From contig CAVRAI010000003.1 of assembly GCA_963718915.1 (NCBI GenBank), positions 510,001-542,000 of the forward strand: DNA of 32,000 nt. Reading direction: 5' to 3'. The stretch is from an uncultured Chloroflexia bacterium (GTDB lineage Bacteria > Chloroflexota > Ktedonobacteria > Ktedonobacterales > JADMIN01). How positions within the stretch are numbered: position 1 is the first letter of the stretch; every line of letters starts with the position of its first letter. The notes below the pieces were generated by a model, which ran no database searches, was not told where the DNA came from, and was given only the letters and a program-made list of their open reading frames with translations. The position numbers and the translations under genes are program-made. This document shows positions 13,299 through 20,997 of the stretch, one piece after another.

Positions 13299-13547
13299 AT
13301 GATTCAGGAATTTGACCCAGTGGTCTTTACAGTGGATTTGCCGCAGTATGGCCTGCTGGCCGGTGACGTGGGTACGATCGCGGATATTCACCCATCGGGC
13401 AAAGCGTATGAGGTGGAAGTCTTCCTGGCGGATGGTTCGACGTATGATGTCGTCACCGTTCAGGAGGGCCAGATTCGCCCAGCGACCAAGAACGATGTGA
13501 CGCATGCGCGCGCCATCACGCCAGCAAAAGCGACCACACAGAGTTAG
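13299..13547 (+). CDS. DUF4926 domain protein
   Basis: MIQEFDPVVFTVDLPQYGLLAGDVGTIADIHPSGKAYEVEVFLADGSTYDVVTV matches the DUF4926 pattern (D.V.L..DLP..GL..G..GTIV......YEVEF.d..G.T). ATG 13299 follows AAAGGGA. Confidence 0.65.
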   Translation: MIQEFDPVVFTVDLPQYGLLAGDVGTIADIHPSGKAYEVEVFLADGSTYDVVTVQEGQIRPATKNDVTHARAITPAKATTQS

Positions 13548-13723
13548 CGACGCCGAAGGGCGCCAGCTCTGCAACCCATGCAGGGCAGCTACGCAAACCG
13601 AGCAGCGCCAGGCGCTCACGCTCTGCTCCGAACCCGCGCGGCGGGTTTCGTGGCCGTAGGCCATTCAGGCGCGGTTTTAACCGCCCGCGCTCCCTAGCCC
13701 GTCTCCGTCGCACATGCTAAAAC
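13548..13723. repeat. family-A REP-like composite, copy 2
   Basis: Hairpins CTGCAACCCATGCAG, AACCCGCGCGGCGGGTT, GTGGCCGTAGGCCAT and GGCGCGGTTTTAACCGCC (13668-13685), plus the 38-bp tail shared with copy 1. Lies between convergent genes. Confidence 0.75.
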
Positions 13724-13775
13724 GACATGAACTGCCCGCGCTCCTCCACCCGCATCACCATCCACCCGCGCCATC

Positions 13776-15740
13776 TCACCCCTGCGTCAGCAGCTGCCCC
13801 ACCGCCTTGCAGACATGCCGAGTGATGTTCCAGGCGCTGTCGTAGTCGCTCTGATGCGCCGTGTAGACCACGATGATATAGGTCTCGCTGCCCGCCGTCA
13901 CAATGCCTGAGGTGTTGATCGCCCAGAGACCATCGGGCGCGGGCACCCAGCCATCCTTCATCGCGACCGTCGCCCCCGGCGGCAGCGTCTCGCCCACGCC
14001 CATATGCTGGTCAGCCTCGATATGGTTCATCAGGTTGAGCGCATAGGCACGGTCATGCGCGGTGAGAACCTTGCCCTCCTGCAGCAGCGTCAGCACCTGC
14101 ATCTGCCCCAGTGGTGGCAGGCTTGCCCAGCCCCAGCCGTAAGGGTTCGCAACGTAGCCCGTCACGCCAATTTTCTTGTAGAAGGCCGCCTGCCCGTTGG
14201 AGCCGCCCAGGCGGTCAAAGATGAGCTGCGCCGCGTTATTATCCGAATGCTCGATCATATTCGTCAGCGTGACATTCTCCGAAGCGTTGGGGCCGCGCCC
14301 CTGCGACTCCAGCCAGAGCAGATAGGAGACCATGAGCGAGACCTTGGACGAGCTGGCGAGGACGAACGGCGTCGTCTCGTTGTAGCTGTAGTACTGGTTG
14401 CGCGTCATGTCATAGACCACCGAGCCAACGTTCTTGCCAAAGCTGGCCAGATATTTGGCGACGTCTGGCGAGAGCGCGTCGAATGACGCCCAGGCCGCCG
14501 CGCCCTTGGTGGGGGTGGTCAACGTGACCAGGCTGGCTGGCGCCCAGCCGCTGCCACTCTGCTGGAGCGACTTCCACGACGTCTGATACCACAGCGCGCC
14601 ATTGAGCCACTGCGCCTGGCCGCTGAGGGCCAGCGGGAAGTTCTGGCCCAGGTGGACGCTGGCGACGCTGCCTCCGGGTGTATTGACAATCGCGGCGTTG
14701 CCGGTCAGCCAGACATTCGTTCCCGTCGGCACGACGACCGCTGGCGGCCCAAGCGTTTCCAGATAGTCGCGACCGAGCGGCTGCACGCTGCCCGTAGGCT
14801 GGCCATTGTCGTTATCGTCATCCAGATCGACGACGACGGTGGCCAGCGCGAACGCCTGCACTAGCAGGCGGTGCGTCGTATTGTTGATCGTGGCCGTGGT
14901 CGGCAGCGCCTCGGTCAGCGGGTTGCCAAAAGTCTCCTGCCAGCCATCGGGGGCAATCGCGCTGCTGGTGATGTACGTCCAGACGGAGAGTGGAATGATG
15001 TGGCCCGCAGCGACACCCTTGGTATTCGTGCTCTCGGTGACGAAGACATCGCCCCCCGGCTCGGTCGTCCGTGTAGGCAGCGCGCCCTGAAGATGAACCA
15101 GGTGGCTGGGATCCGTCGCAGTGCGGATCGAGACATAGGTGATCGTGCTCCCGTCGCCGCCCACCGGAATCGTGCTGCCAAAGGTGAGCAGGACATCAAG
15201 CAGGGGTAGCCGGACGATGCCAGTCGCGCTATCAAACTGCCCGCTGTGCAGCAGGCTGGGATCGAGGCCATCCGCCGCCGTCTGCGATGAGCTAGCGCTG
15301 CTCTGCGTCGGAGCCACCAGCGCGCCATTGGCGAAAATCTGCGTCCAGCCAAGCTGTGTGAGGTATGCGGGGGTCAGCGCCTCGCCAAGAAGGGCCGCGC
15401 CATTCACGCGGGTATAGTAGGCCTGAAACGCCGGATCAACCGGATTGTTCTGCTGAGCGAAGACGGCATACTGCGGCGACGGCGCGGTCGTGCGTGTCAC
15501 GTTGGACCACGGGAACGCCCCGCTTTGAGGGGTGCGGTGGACGACGACAAGCGTTGCCGGCACGTTCTTCACGCGCCACCAGACGCCACCGGCCAGCGCC
15601 GAGACGAGCAGCGCCACGATGACAATCGCACTGATGAACACTGTCCGCCTGTTTCCGGGCGTCTCAGGCGGCGGCGGCGTGAGGATTGCTTCTGGGTCAG
15701 CTTGTAGCCTGGTCGGCTGTGTGGCGTTGTCGCTTGACAT
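13776..15740 (-). CDS. membrane-anchored serine hydrolase: class A beta-lactamase-like C-terminal domain with a ~400 aa uncharacterised N-terminal ectodomain
   Basis: 654 aa. N-terminal TM helix VFISAIVIVALLVSALAGGVWW. The C-terminal domain has S-x-x-K (ASSSKV), SDN (EHSDNNAAQ) and a KTG-like triad (MKDGW). Confidence 0.7.
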   Translation of the reverse strand: MSSDNATQPTRLQADPEAILTPPPPETPGNRRTVFISAIVIVALLVSALAGGVWWRVKNVPATLVVVHRTPQSGAFPWSNVTRTTAPSPQYAVFAQQNNPVDPAFQAYYTRVNGAALLGEALTPAYLTQLGWTQIFANGALVAPTQSSASSSQTAADGLDPSLLHSGQFDSATGIVRLPLLDVLLTFGSTIPVGGDGSTITYVSIRTATDPSHLVHLQGALPTRTTEPGGDVFVTESTNTKGVAAGHIIPLSVWTYITSSAIAPDGWQETFGNPLTEALPTTATINNTTHRLLVQAFALATVVVDLDDDNDNGQPTGSVQPLGRDYLETLGPPAVVVPTGTNVWLTGNAAIVNTPGGSVASVHLGQNFPLALSGQAQWLNGALWYQTSWKSLQQSGSGWAPASLVTLTTPTKGAAAWASFDALSPDVAKYLASFGKNVGSVVYDMTRNQYYSYNETTPFVLASSSKVSLMVSYLLWLESQGRGPNASENVTLTNMIEHSDNNAAQLIFDRLGGSNGQAAFYKKIGVTGYVANPYGWGWASLPPLGQMQVLTLLQEGKVLTAHDRAYALNLMNHIEADQHMGVGETLPPGATVAMKDGWVPAPDGLWAINTSGIVTAGSETYIIVVYTAHQSDYDSAWNITRHVCKAVGQLLTQG

Positions 15741-15895
15741 CCATCCTCTCCTTCGGAGATGCTCATCCTGCCAAAGTGCTATGCAGTCTGTCTATGGCTG
15801 TATGTGGCGCGATGAAACGGCTAGAGCATGCTTGCCCATGGTACCAGATTATGCGCAGCGTGTCACCATATGTGGCGCCATACAGGGCGTCATAC

Positions 15896-16105
15896 AGTCT
15901 TTTGGGCCAGATCGCGGGCGGTTAAAACCGCGCCTCTTTGGCCTCTCTTTGGCCTCGCTGACGCTCCGCCACGAAACCCGCCTGCGCGGGTTGCAGAGAC
16001 GTACCCCAACGGCGCATATCGTTGGAATACGGTCTGGAAAGTCCGCGACGGCGGACTTCGTGGCCGCAGGCCATTGAGGCGCGGTTTTAACCGCCAGCCG
16101 CGTGT
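15896..16105. mobile_element. MITE-like family-A element with 20-bp inverted repeats, flanked by a 25-bp direct repeat
   Basis: GGCGGTTAAAACCGCGCCTC (15917-15936) is inverted relative to GAGGCGCGGTTTTAACCGCC (16076-16095). Internal modules are shared with 13548-13685. The flanks TGTGGCGCCATACAGGGCGTCATAC at 15871-15895 and 16106-16130 are identical. Confidence 0.6.
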
Positions 16106-16306
16106 TGTGGCGCCATACAGGGCGTCATACCACTGCTTCTACAGGTACAAACGGAGCAGACGCCAGAATGGACTGCGCAATTTCGCCGAGTGACGAGATA
16201 CCGCTCTGCGCGTAGAGTACTATAGGCAGCTTTGTAGGTAACTTTAGGCCGAAAATTGCTATAACTGCCCACTGCGCCACACTCATCATGCGGAAAGGCA
16301 TCGTTC

Positions 16307-17089
16307 ATGAATCTGCCGTTTGACCTCTCGTATTGGGCTACCGCGGGCGGTATCGTGCTCATTGACCTGGTGCTCAGCGGCGATAACGCCCTGGTCATCG
16401 GTGCGGCGGCCAGCCGGTTGCCGCGTGGGCAGCGCCTCATAGCCATCATCTGGGGAGGTGTGCTGGCGGTTGTCTTTCGCATGTTGCTGGCCATCGTCGC
16501 CACGGAGTTGCTCTTCATCCCCTATCTGCGCACCATTGGCGGCGTCATCCTGCTCATCATCGCCATCCGCTTGCTCATACCCGAAAATCCCGAACAGGGA
16601 TCACGCCGAGCCTCCGCAAGTCTCATACCCGCGATTTTGACGATACTGGCCGCCGACGCGACGATGAGCCTGGATAATGTGCTCGCCGTTGGCGCTCTGG
16701 CGCATGGGCAAATCGAACTGCTGGTGGCCGGTCTGCTGCTGAGCATGCTGCTGTTGTTTGTCGCCAGCGCCCTGATCGCGCGCATTATCGAGCGCGCGCC
16801 GCTGCTGATGGATGTCGCGGCGGTCGTTCTTGCCTGGACTGCGGCGAGTCTGGTGGTCGAAGATACCCCTGTGGTCAAGTTCGTCGGCGCGCGGATGACA
16901 CTGCCCAATCAGTGGGAACTGTATCTCCACCTGATCTTCATCGCGCTGATCCTGCTGGCCGACCTCTTCATTCGCCTGGTGATCGCGCCGCGCCGCCGTG
17001 CCAGGCATGCCGCGCAGATGAACGCGTCCGACGCGAGCGCCGCCACCGCGTCACTGGGCGAAAAGGTGGATGACAAGTCGGCGGGTTGA
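16307..17089 (+). CDS. TerC/YjbE family integral membrane protein
   Basis: 260 aa. The LVLSGDNALVIGAAA and ADATMSLDNVLAVGALA paired motifs are characteristic of the TerC family. Multiple TM segments. Confidence 0.8.
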   Translation: MNLPFDLSYWATAGGIVLIDLVLSGDNALVIGAAASRLPRGQRLIAIIWGGVLAVVFRMLLAIVATELLFIPYLRTIGGVILLIIAIRLLIPENPEQGSRRASASLIPAILTILAADATMSLDNVLAVGALAHGQIELLVAGLLLSMLLLFVASALIARIIERAPLLMDVAAVVLAWTAASLVVEDTPVVKFVGARMTLPNQWELYLHLIFIALILLADLFIRLVIAPRRRARHAAQMNASDASAATASLGEKVDDKSAG

Positions 17090-17146
17090 CGCGCCGCGCC
17101 ACGTACCCCGTTGCCGCTCGTGGATGCCGCGCGCTAGCATAGAGGC

Positions 17147-18208
17147 ATGACGGATCTACCCTACCTTGATCCCCTGGCTGAGATTGCTGCTGATCCGGTG
17201 ATCGCATCGCTGCCAAAGGCCGACATCCATCTGCACCAGGAGTGGTCACCCCGGCTCGACCGCGTACTCTCGCGGCGCGCGGGCCTGCCCTCGTATGACT
17301 GGCGGCGGTGGGCGCGCGACTTGATGGCCGGGACGCCGCCCGGCATGCCACGTCTGGATCGGCTCGCCAAGGTCTTCCCGGCGTCGCTGGAGGATGATGC
17401 CGACCCGGAGAACTTCACCGCGCGGATAGAAGACCTGCTGGAGGAAGGCGCCGCCGATGGCGCGGTGCTGGTCGAGATGCGCTTTGGCGGCGAGACAGCG
17501 GTGCAACATCCCGATTTCATGGCGCTCTTCCACGAGGCCGAGCGTCGCGCGCGCGCGCGCCACCCGGACCTGCGAGTATCAGCGATCTACACGCTGCTGT
17601 TCCAGTACGATGAAGACCGGCTGGAGCGCGTGGTCAGGGCGTGTCTGGTGGCGGCGGATGAGGGACTCGCGGGCGTCGATCTACTCTATACCCCGTATGC
17701 GAGCGAGGCTGACTGGCGGCCCATGTATCGTGTGGCCGGGCGCGCCGCGGCAGGTGGGCTAGGTGTGACGGCGCATGTCGGCGAGTTTTCGACAGCCAAT
17801 ATCATGGCGGCGTTACGCACGCCAGGCCTGACCCGCCTTGGCCACGCGGTCTATGCCGCCAGCGATCCGCGTCTGCTGGATGCCGTCGCCGAGAGCGGCG
17901 CCACCGTCGAGTGTTCGCTCAGTTGCAATGTGGCGCTGGGTGCGGCGACATCCTATGCCGAACACCCGATTCGGCGGTTTATGGAGCGCGGCGTTCCCAT
18001 CGCGCTCTGCACCGATAATCCCGTCCAGATATGCACGACGATTGGCCGCGAATACGCGCTGGCGCACGCGCTCGGCTTCACCCCTGAAGAACTGCTGGGC
18101 TTCACGACCAATGCGATTCGCGCGTCGTTTCTGCCGCCCGAATCCAAACAGCAGGTGTTGGCGCTGGCGCGGGCGTGGCCAGCCGTGGGCAGTGACTTCG
18201 GCGGCTGA
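17147..18208 (+). CDS. adenosine/adenine deaminase family amidohydrolase
   Basis: LPKADIHLHQE (H-x-H metal site), HVGEF (HAGE-like) and CTDNP (TDDP-like, second Asp replaced by Asn). Confidence 0.7.
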   Translation: MTDLPYLDPLAEIAADPVIASLPKADIHLHQEWSPRLDRVLSRRAGLPSYDWRRWARDLMAGTPPGMPRLDRLAKVFPASLEDDADPENFTARIEDLLEEGAADGAVLVEMRFGGETAVQHPDFMALFHEAERRARARHPDLRVSAIYTLLFQYDEDRLERVVRACLVAADEGLAGVDLLYTPYASEADWRPMYRVAGRAAAGGLGVTAHVGEFSTANIMAALRTPGLTRLGHAVYAASDPRLLDAVAESGATVECSLSCNVALGAATSYAEHPIRRFMERGVPIALCTDNPVQICTTIGREYALAHALGFTPEELLGFTTNAIRASFLPPESKQQVLALARAWPAVGSDFGG

Positions 18209-18233
18209 GTCGTCGTTGTATTGGGGCTAGCGC

Positions 18234-18467
18234 ACCGTGGCCTTCATGCCACGGCGAATGGGTACGGAAATTCGCTGCGGCATGATGTAGTTTCACTTTG
18301 TATTCTGAAACACCGCGCGTTGTAGTGGGCGAGGCAGGCCGTAGCGTGAACGCTACGGCGAATGGAGGAGTGATTTGGAGGGGGAAATTCGCCGGGGCAT
18401 TTATGCTCCGGCACGCCCACCCCAGCACGCTGTTCGGAGGTCATTCTTAAATGCCATCATGCCGCAG
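18234..18467. repeat. family-B REP/BIME-like palindromic cluster, copy 1
   Basis: Units CCGTGGCcttcatGCCACGGCGAAT, GCCGTAGCGtgaaCGCTACGGCGAAT and GAAATTCGCCGGGGCATttATGCTCCGG. Outer inverted repeat CTGCGGCATGATG (18273-18285) / CATCATGCCGCAG (18455-18467). The core 18309-18421 is homologous to 26404-26530. Confidence 0.8.
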
Positions 18468-18508
18468 GTAGCATGATGCGTCGCCCGCGAAAAAACGGTG
18501 AGGCGCAA

Positions 18509-18976
18509 TTAGCCCAGGTCGGCCTCGGCGGCGGCGATCCGCACGCGCTGGCGCTCGCTGCGCAGGGCAGCCGCCAGTTTGCGCAGGCAAGCTTCCGCCT
18601 CTGGCGTAAGCGATACCTTGACGATGCGGCGGTCGGGGTGCTCGGGGTCGTGCTCGCGTTGCACCAGACCGCGTTGCACAGCGCGACTGACCAGCCCGAT
18701 GACGGCGTTGTGGCGAATTTGCAGGCGCTCCGCCAGCTCGGTGATGCTCACCCAGTCACGCCCTGGGAATCCTTTGATGGCCAGCAAGAGCTGATATTGC
18801 TGGGGAGTCAGATTGACCTTGCGCGCCTCCAGCTCGGTGAGTCGGGCAAAGCGCCGGAGCACATAGCGAAGATTCGCTAGCCGCTCATACTCCGCCTTGG
18901 TCAGATGTCCCTCTGGAGCGCTGATAGACGATGTCGCATCCGTGCTCTGGCCGCCGCTGGTGGACTTCGTATGCAT
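18509..18976 (-). CDS. MarR family transcriptional regulator
   Basis: 155 aa. Winged-helix block LTPQQYQLLLAIKGFPGRDWVSITELAERLQIRHNAVIGLVSRAVQRGLV..DRRIVKVSLT. SD GGGGAG lies 8 nt upstream. Confidence 0.8.
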   Translation of the reverse strand: MHTKSTSGGQSTDATSSISAPEGHLTKAEYERLANLRYVLRRFARLTELEARKVNLTPQQYQLLLAIKGFPGRDWVSITELAERLQIRHNAVIGLVSRAVQRGLVQREHDPEHPDRRIVKVSLTPEAEACLRKLAAALRSERQRVRIAAAEADLG

Positions 18977-19163
18977 CGGTCAGACTCCCCACACTGCCTA
19001 CTGACGACAAACCAACACATGCGCCCGCGCCGCTAGTCGCGCACTTCGATGGATCTATCAACATCAGGCGCTCTCTGGCGCGCTGAGCATCGTCACTGTC
19101 TATCGTTGCGCCAGAGATTCCTGGAGACTGTTGTGTTTTCGCCGGTTTGGCGACGGCTTGAAA

Positions 19164-19334
19164 TTAGTGGCTGGCGTGCGTGTGCGTGTCAGCCTCGTGC
19201 GCCTCCACAGCATGCGCCTCTTCATACTCGATGGGCGCACGGAGCGCGCGTGCAGTGAACCACCAGGCAAACACAAAGGCTACTAGCCAGAACAAGACTA
19301 CCAAAACAACGGGAAGGACTTCGCTAATGCTCAT
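19164..19334 (-). CDS. small hypothetical membrane protein (56 aa), below the ORF-track cutoff
   Basis: My translation: MSISEVLPVVLVVLFWLVAFVFAWWFTARALRAPIEYEEAHAVEAHEADTHTHASH*. GAGGAG sits ~11 nt upstream of the ATG. One TM helix and a His/Glu-rich tail. Confidence 0.4.
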   Translation of the reverse strand: MSISEVLPVVLVVLFWLVAFVFAWWFTARALRAPIEYEEAHAVEAHEADTHTHASH

Positions 19335-19644
19335 ACTGTTCGATACTCCTCACAAACCGCGATACTGTATCCATCCATCCATCAATCAATCTCTACTGAA
19401 TTGCCACCCTTATGGTTGCGCCTTGTGGGAAAGTGTATTTCGCACCGGTATACAACGATTCGATTGATCGAATTTGGTGTATGGGGCATGCAGCATTGAC
19501 TGACTACAAGGACTCTACTGCCTCAGTATAATTCTATCATATTCCCAGGACGAGACTATAGCCAGATAGCGCCGCATGCGACCAATGCTGTACGCATCCT
19601 CCGCCGAAATACGGATGCCACCCCACCGTATGAGGAAATTGTGT

Positions 19645-19929
19645 CTATCGGGCGCTCAGGCGGTGATGGACATAGTTAGCGATGTTGCTGATGCTGTCCA
19701 GATTCTCCGGGGTCAGGTCAGATTCTGGCACCGCGAAGCTGTAGGTGTCTTCGAGGAAGAGCACCAGCTCAAGCACTCCCGTCTGGTCGAGGATGCCGTT
19801 TTCCAGCAACGAAGCGTTCTCGCCCAGGTCGAGCATGTTGCCATCGTAGAGGAAGTTTGTGCCGATGAATTCGACGATCTGCTGTTTGATGAAGTCCAGG
19901 CTCAACGCGCTGGCGATGTCGTCTGCCAT
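19645..19929 (-). CDS. acyl/peptidyl carrier protein-like protein lacking the phosphopantetheine-attachment serine
   Basis: The four-helix ACP pattern ..FLYDGNMLDLGENASLLENGILDQTGVLELVLFLEDTY.. has DQT where carrier proteins have DS(L/T). GAAGGAG lies 6 nt before ATG 19929; ATG 19935 is the alternative start. Confidence 0.6.
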   Translation of the reverse strand: MADDIASALSLDFIKQQIVEFIGTNFLYDGNMLDLGENASLLENGILDQTGVLELVLFLEDTYSFAVPESDLTPENLDSISNIANYVHHRLSAR

Positions 19930-20190
19930 CTGCATCTCCTTCTCTGCATATAGGGAAGTAGCGCATCTTGGGCGATATTTCGACGGTCTGGCCGCTCTGG
20001 CTGCTGAATGATGAACCGAGCGTTGGACTGGGTATCGCTATTGTAGCACTCCCGCAAAGCAGCACAAGAGGCGGGTTTGCTCCGTCCCCGCCCGATCCGC
20101 AACGACCAGGCAGGGAACTATTGTCGCCGATGGTAGACTAATGCGAGAAAACGGCTATCACAAGGCAGCAGCAGGAAGCGGATAAAGCCG

Positions 20191-20997
20191 GTGGGATGTA
20201 ACCAGCCCGGCGAACTCATTGCCCTGGCACGCGCGCGACGCGCCTTCGAGCTGGGTCGTCTCCCCGGCTGGGGCGCGGCGCTTACCTCGCTCGCCTGGCA
20301 GCGGCTCCGCGCGCGCGAAAACGGCGTCTCGTCGGGAACGCTCGTGGCGATCTTGCGCCATGCGATGCGCCAGCGCCAGATGGCGGTGACGCGCGAGGTC
20401 TTTGTGCTGCTCCTGGCGCGGATCGAGGCGGCGAATGGCTTCTGGGCGCGGCAGACCGCGAGACGCCTTGCGGGTATCGCGCCAGAGGCCGTGCGGATGG
20501 CGGAAGAGGATCTGGTGCAGGAACTCACGCTGCATCTATGGGAAGAGCTGGCGCTGCGTGAGGGTGAAGGGTGGGAACTGTTCTTCCGCCGGGCAATAAC
20601 ATTTGCGCGCGCGCATGTGGCCCGGCGCTATCTGGAGCGACATGGATACCGGCCCGGTCAGCGTCTGGTACTCTTCTTCTCGGAAATCGCGACGAGCGAC
20701 GACGATGCCACCGCCGATGATCCACCGTTGCCGGAGCCTCGCGATCCGTTCGCCGCGGCTGATCTGGCGGATTTGCGCGGGTACGTCGAACAGTTGCCGC
20801 CACGCGAGCGGGCAGTGGTGGTGATGCGCTACTGGCAGCGCGCCCGCGAGCACGAGATCGCCGCTGCGCTCGGTGTGACGTCGCGCACAGTGCGGAATCT
20901 GCTCCGCAAGGCCCATACGCGGCTCTATGCGCTCTATATGCATGCGCAGGTTGATGTGCTCGCTGGCCAGCAGGAGGAGGTGGTGAATGGTGAGTAA
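20191..20997 (+). CDS. sigma-70 family (ECF-like) RNA polymerase sigma factor
   Basis: Region 2-like AEEDLVQELTLHLWEEL...FFRRAITFARAHVARRYL and region 4 HTH LPPRERAVVVMRYWQRAREHEIAAALGVTSRTVRNLLRKAHTRL. Start uncertain (GTG 20191; ATG 20365 and 20380 are in frame). Confidence 0.7.
   Translation: MGCNQPGELIALARARRAFELGRLPGWGAALTSLAWQRLRARENGVSSGTLVAILRHAMRQRQMAVTREVFVLLLARIEAANGFWARQTARRLAGIAPEAVRMAEEDLVQELTLHLWEELALREGEGWELFFRRAITFARAHVARRYLERHGYRPGQRLVLFFSEIATSDDDATADDPPLPEPRDPFAAADLADLRGYVEQLPPRERAVVVMRYWQRAREHEIAAALGVTSRTVRNLLRKAHTRLYALYMHAQVDVLAGQQEEVVNGE

Noticed and set aside
13724-13740. Weak resemblance of ACATGAACTGCCCG (after family-A copy 2) to the IS982 left inverted repeat ACGTGAGTTCGGG, suggesting a solo IS end.
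   Set aside because: Only ~8/13 identities, which is not distinguishable from chance without more copies.
16131-16306. Possible yybP-ykoY (manganese) riboswitch upstream of the TerC-family gene, a common association.
   Set aside because: I could not find the conserved GGGGAGUAG / UUGACA...GAGACC-type blocks or the four-way junction arrangement in this leader. A cmsearch with RF00080 would settle it.
18234-18467. CRISPR array as an explanation for the repeated palindromic units here and at 26342-26648.
   Set aside because: The units are in alternating orientation, of unequal length and irregular spacing, nested as inverted repeats, and have no unique spacers of constant size. No cas genes are in the window.
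19456-19471. 7-2-7 palindrome ATTCGAT-TG-ATCGAAT and the (ATCC)3(ATCA)2 microsatellite (19370-19390) as regulatory sites.
   Set aside because: They are isolated short elements with no adjacent promoter I could define and no obvious cognate regulator. Noted only as low-complexity features of a lower-GC intergenic region.
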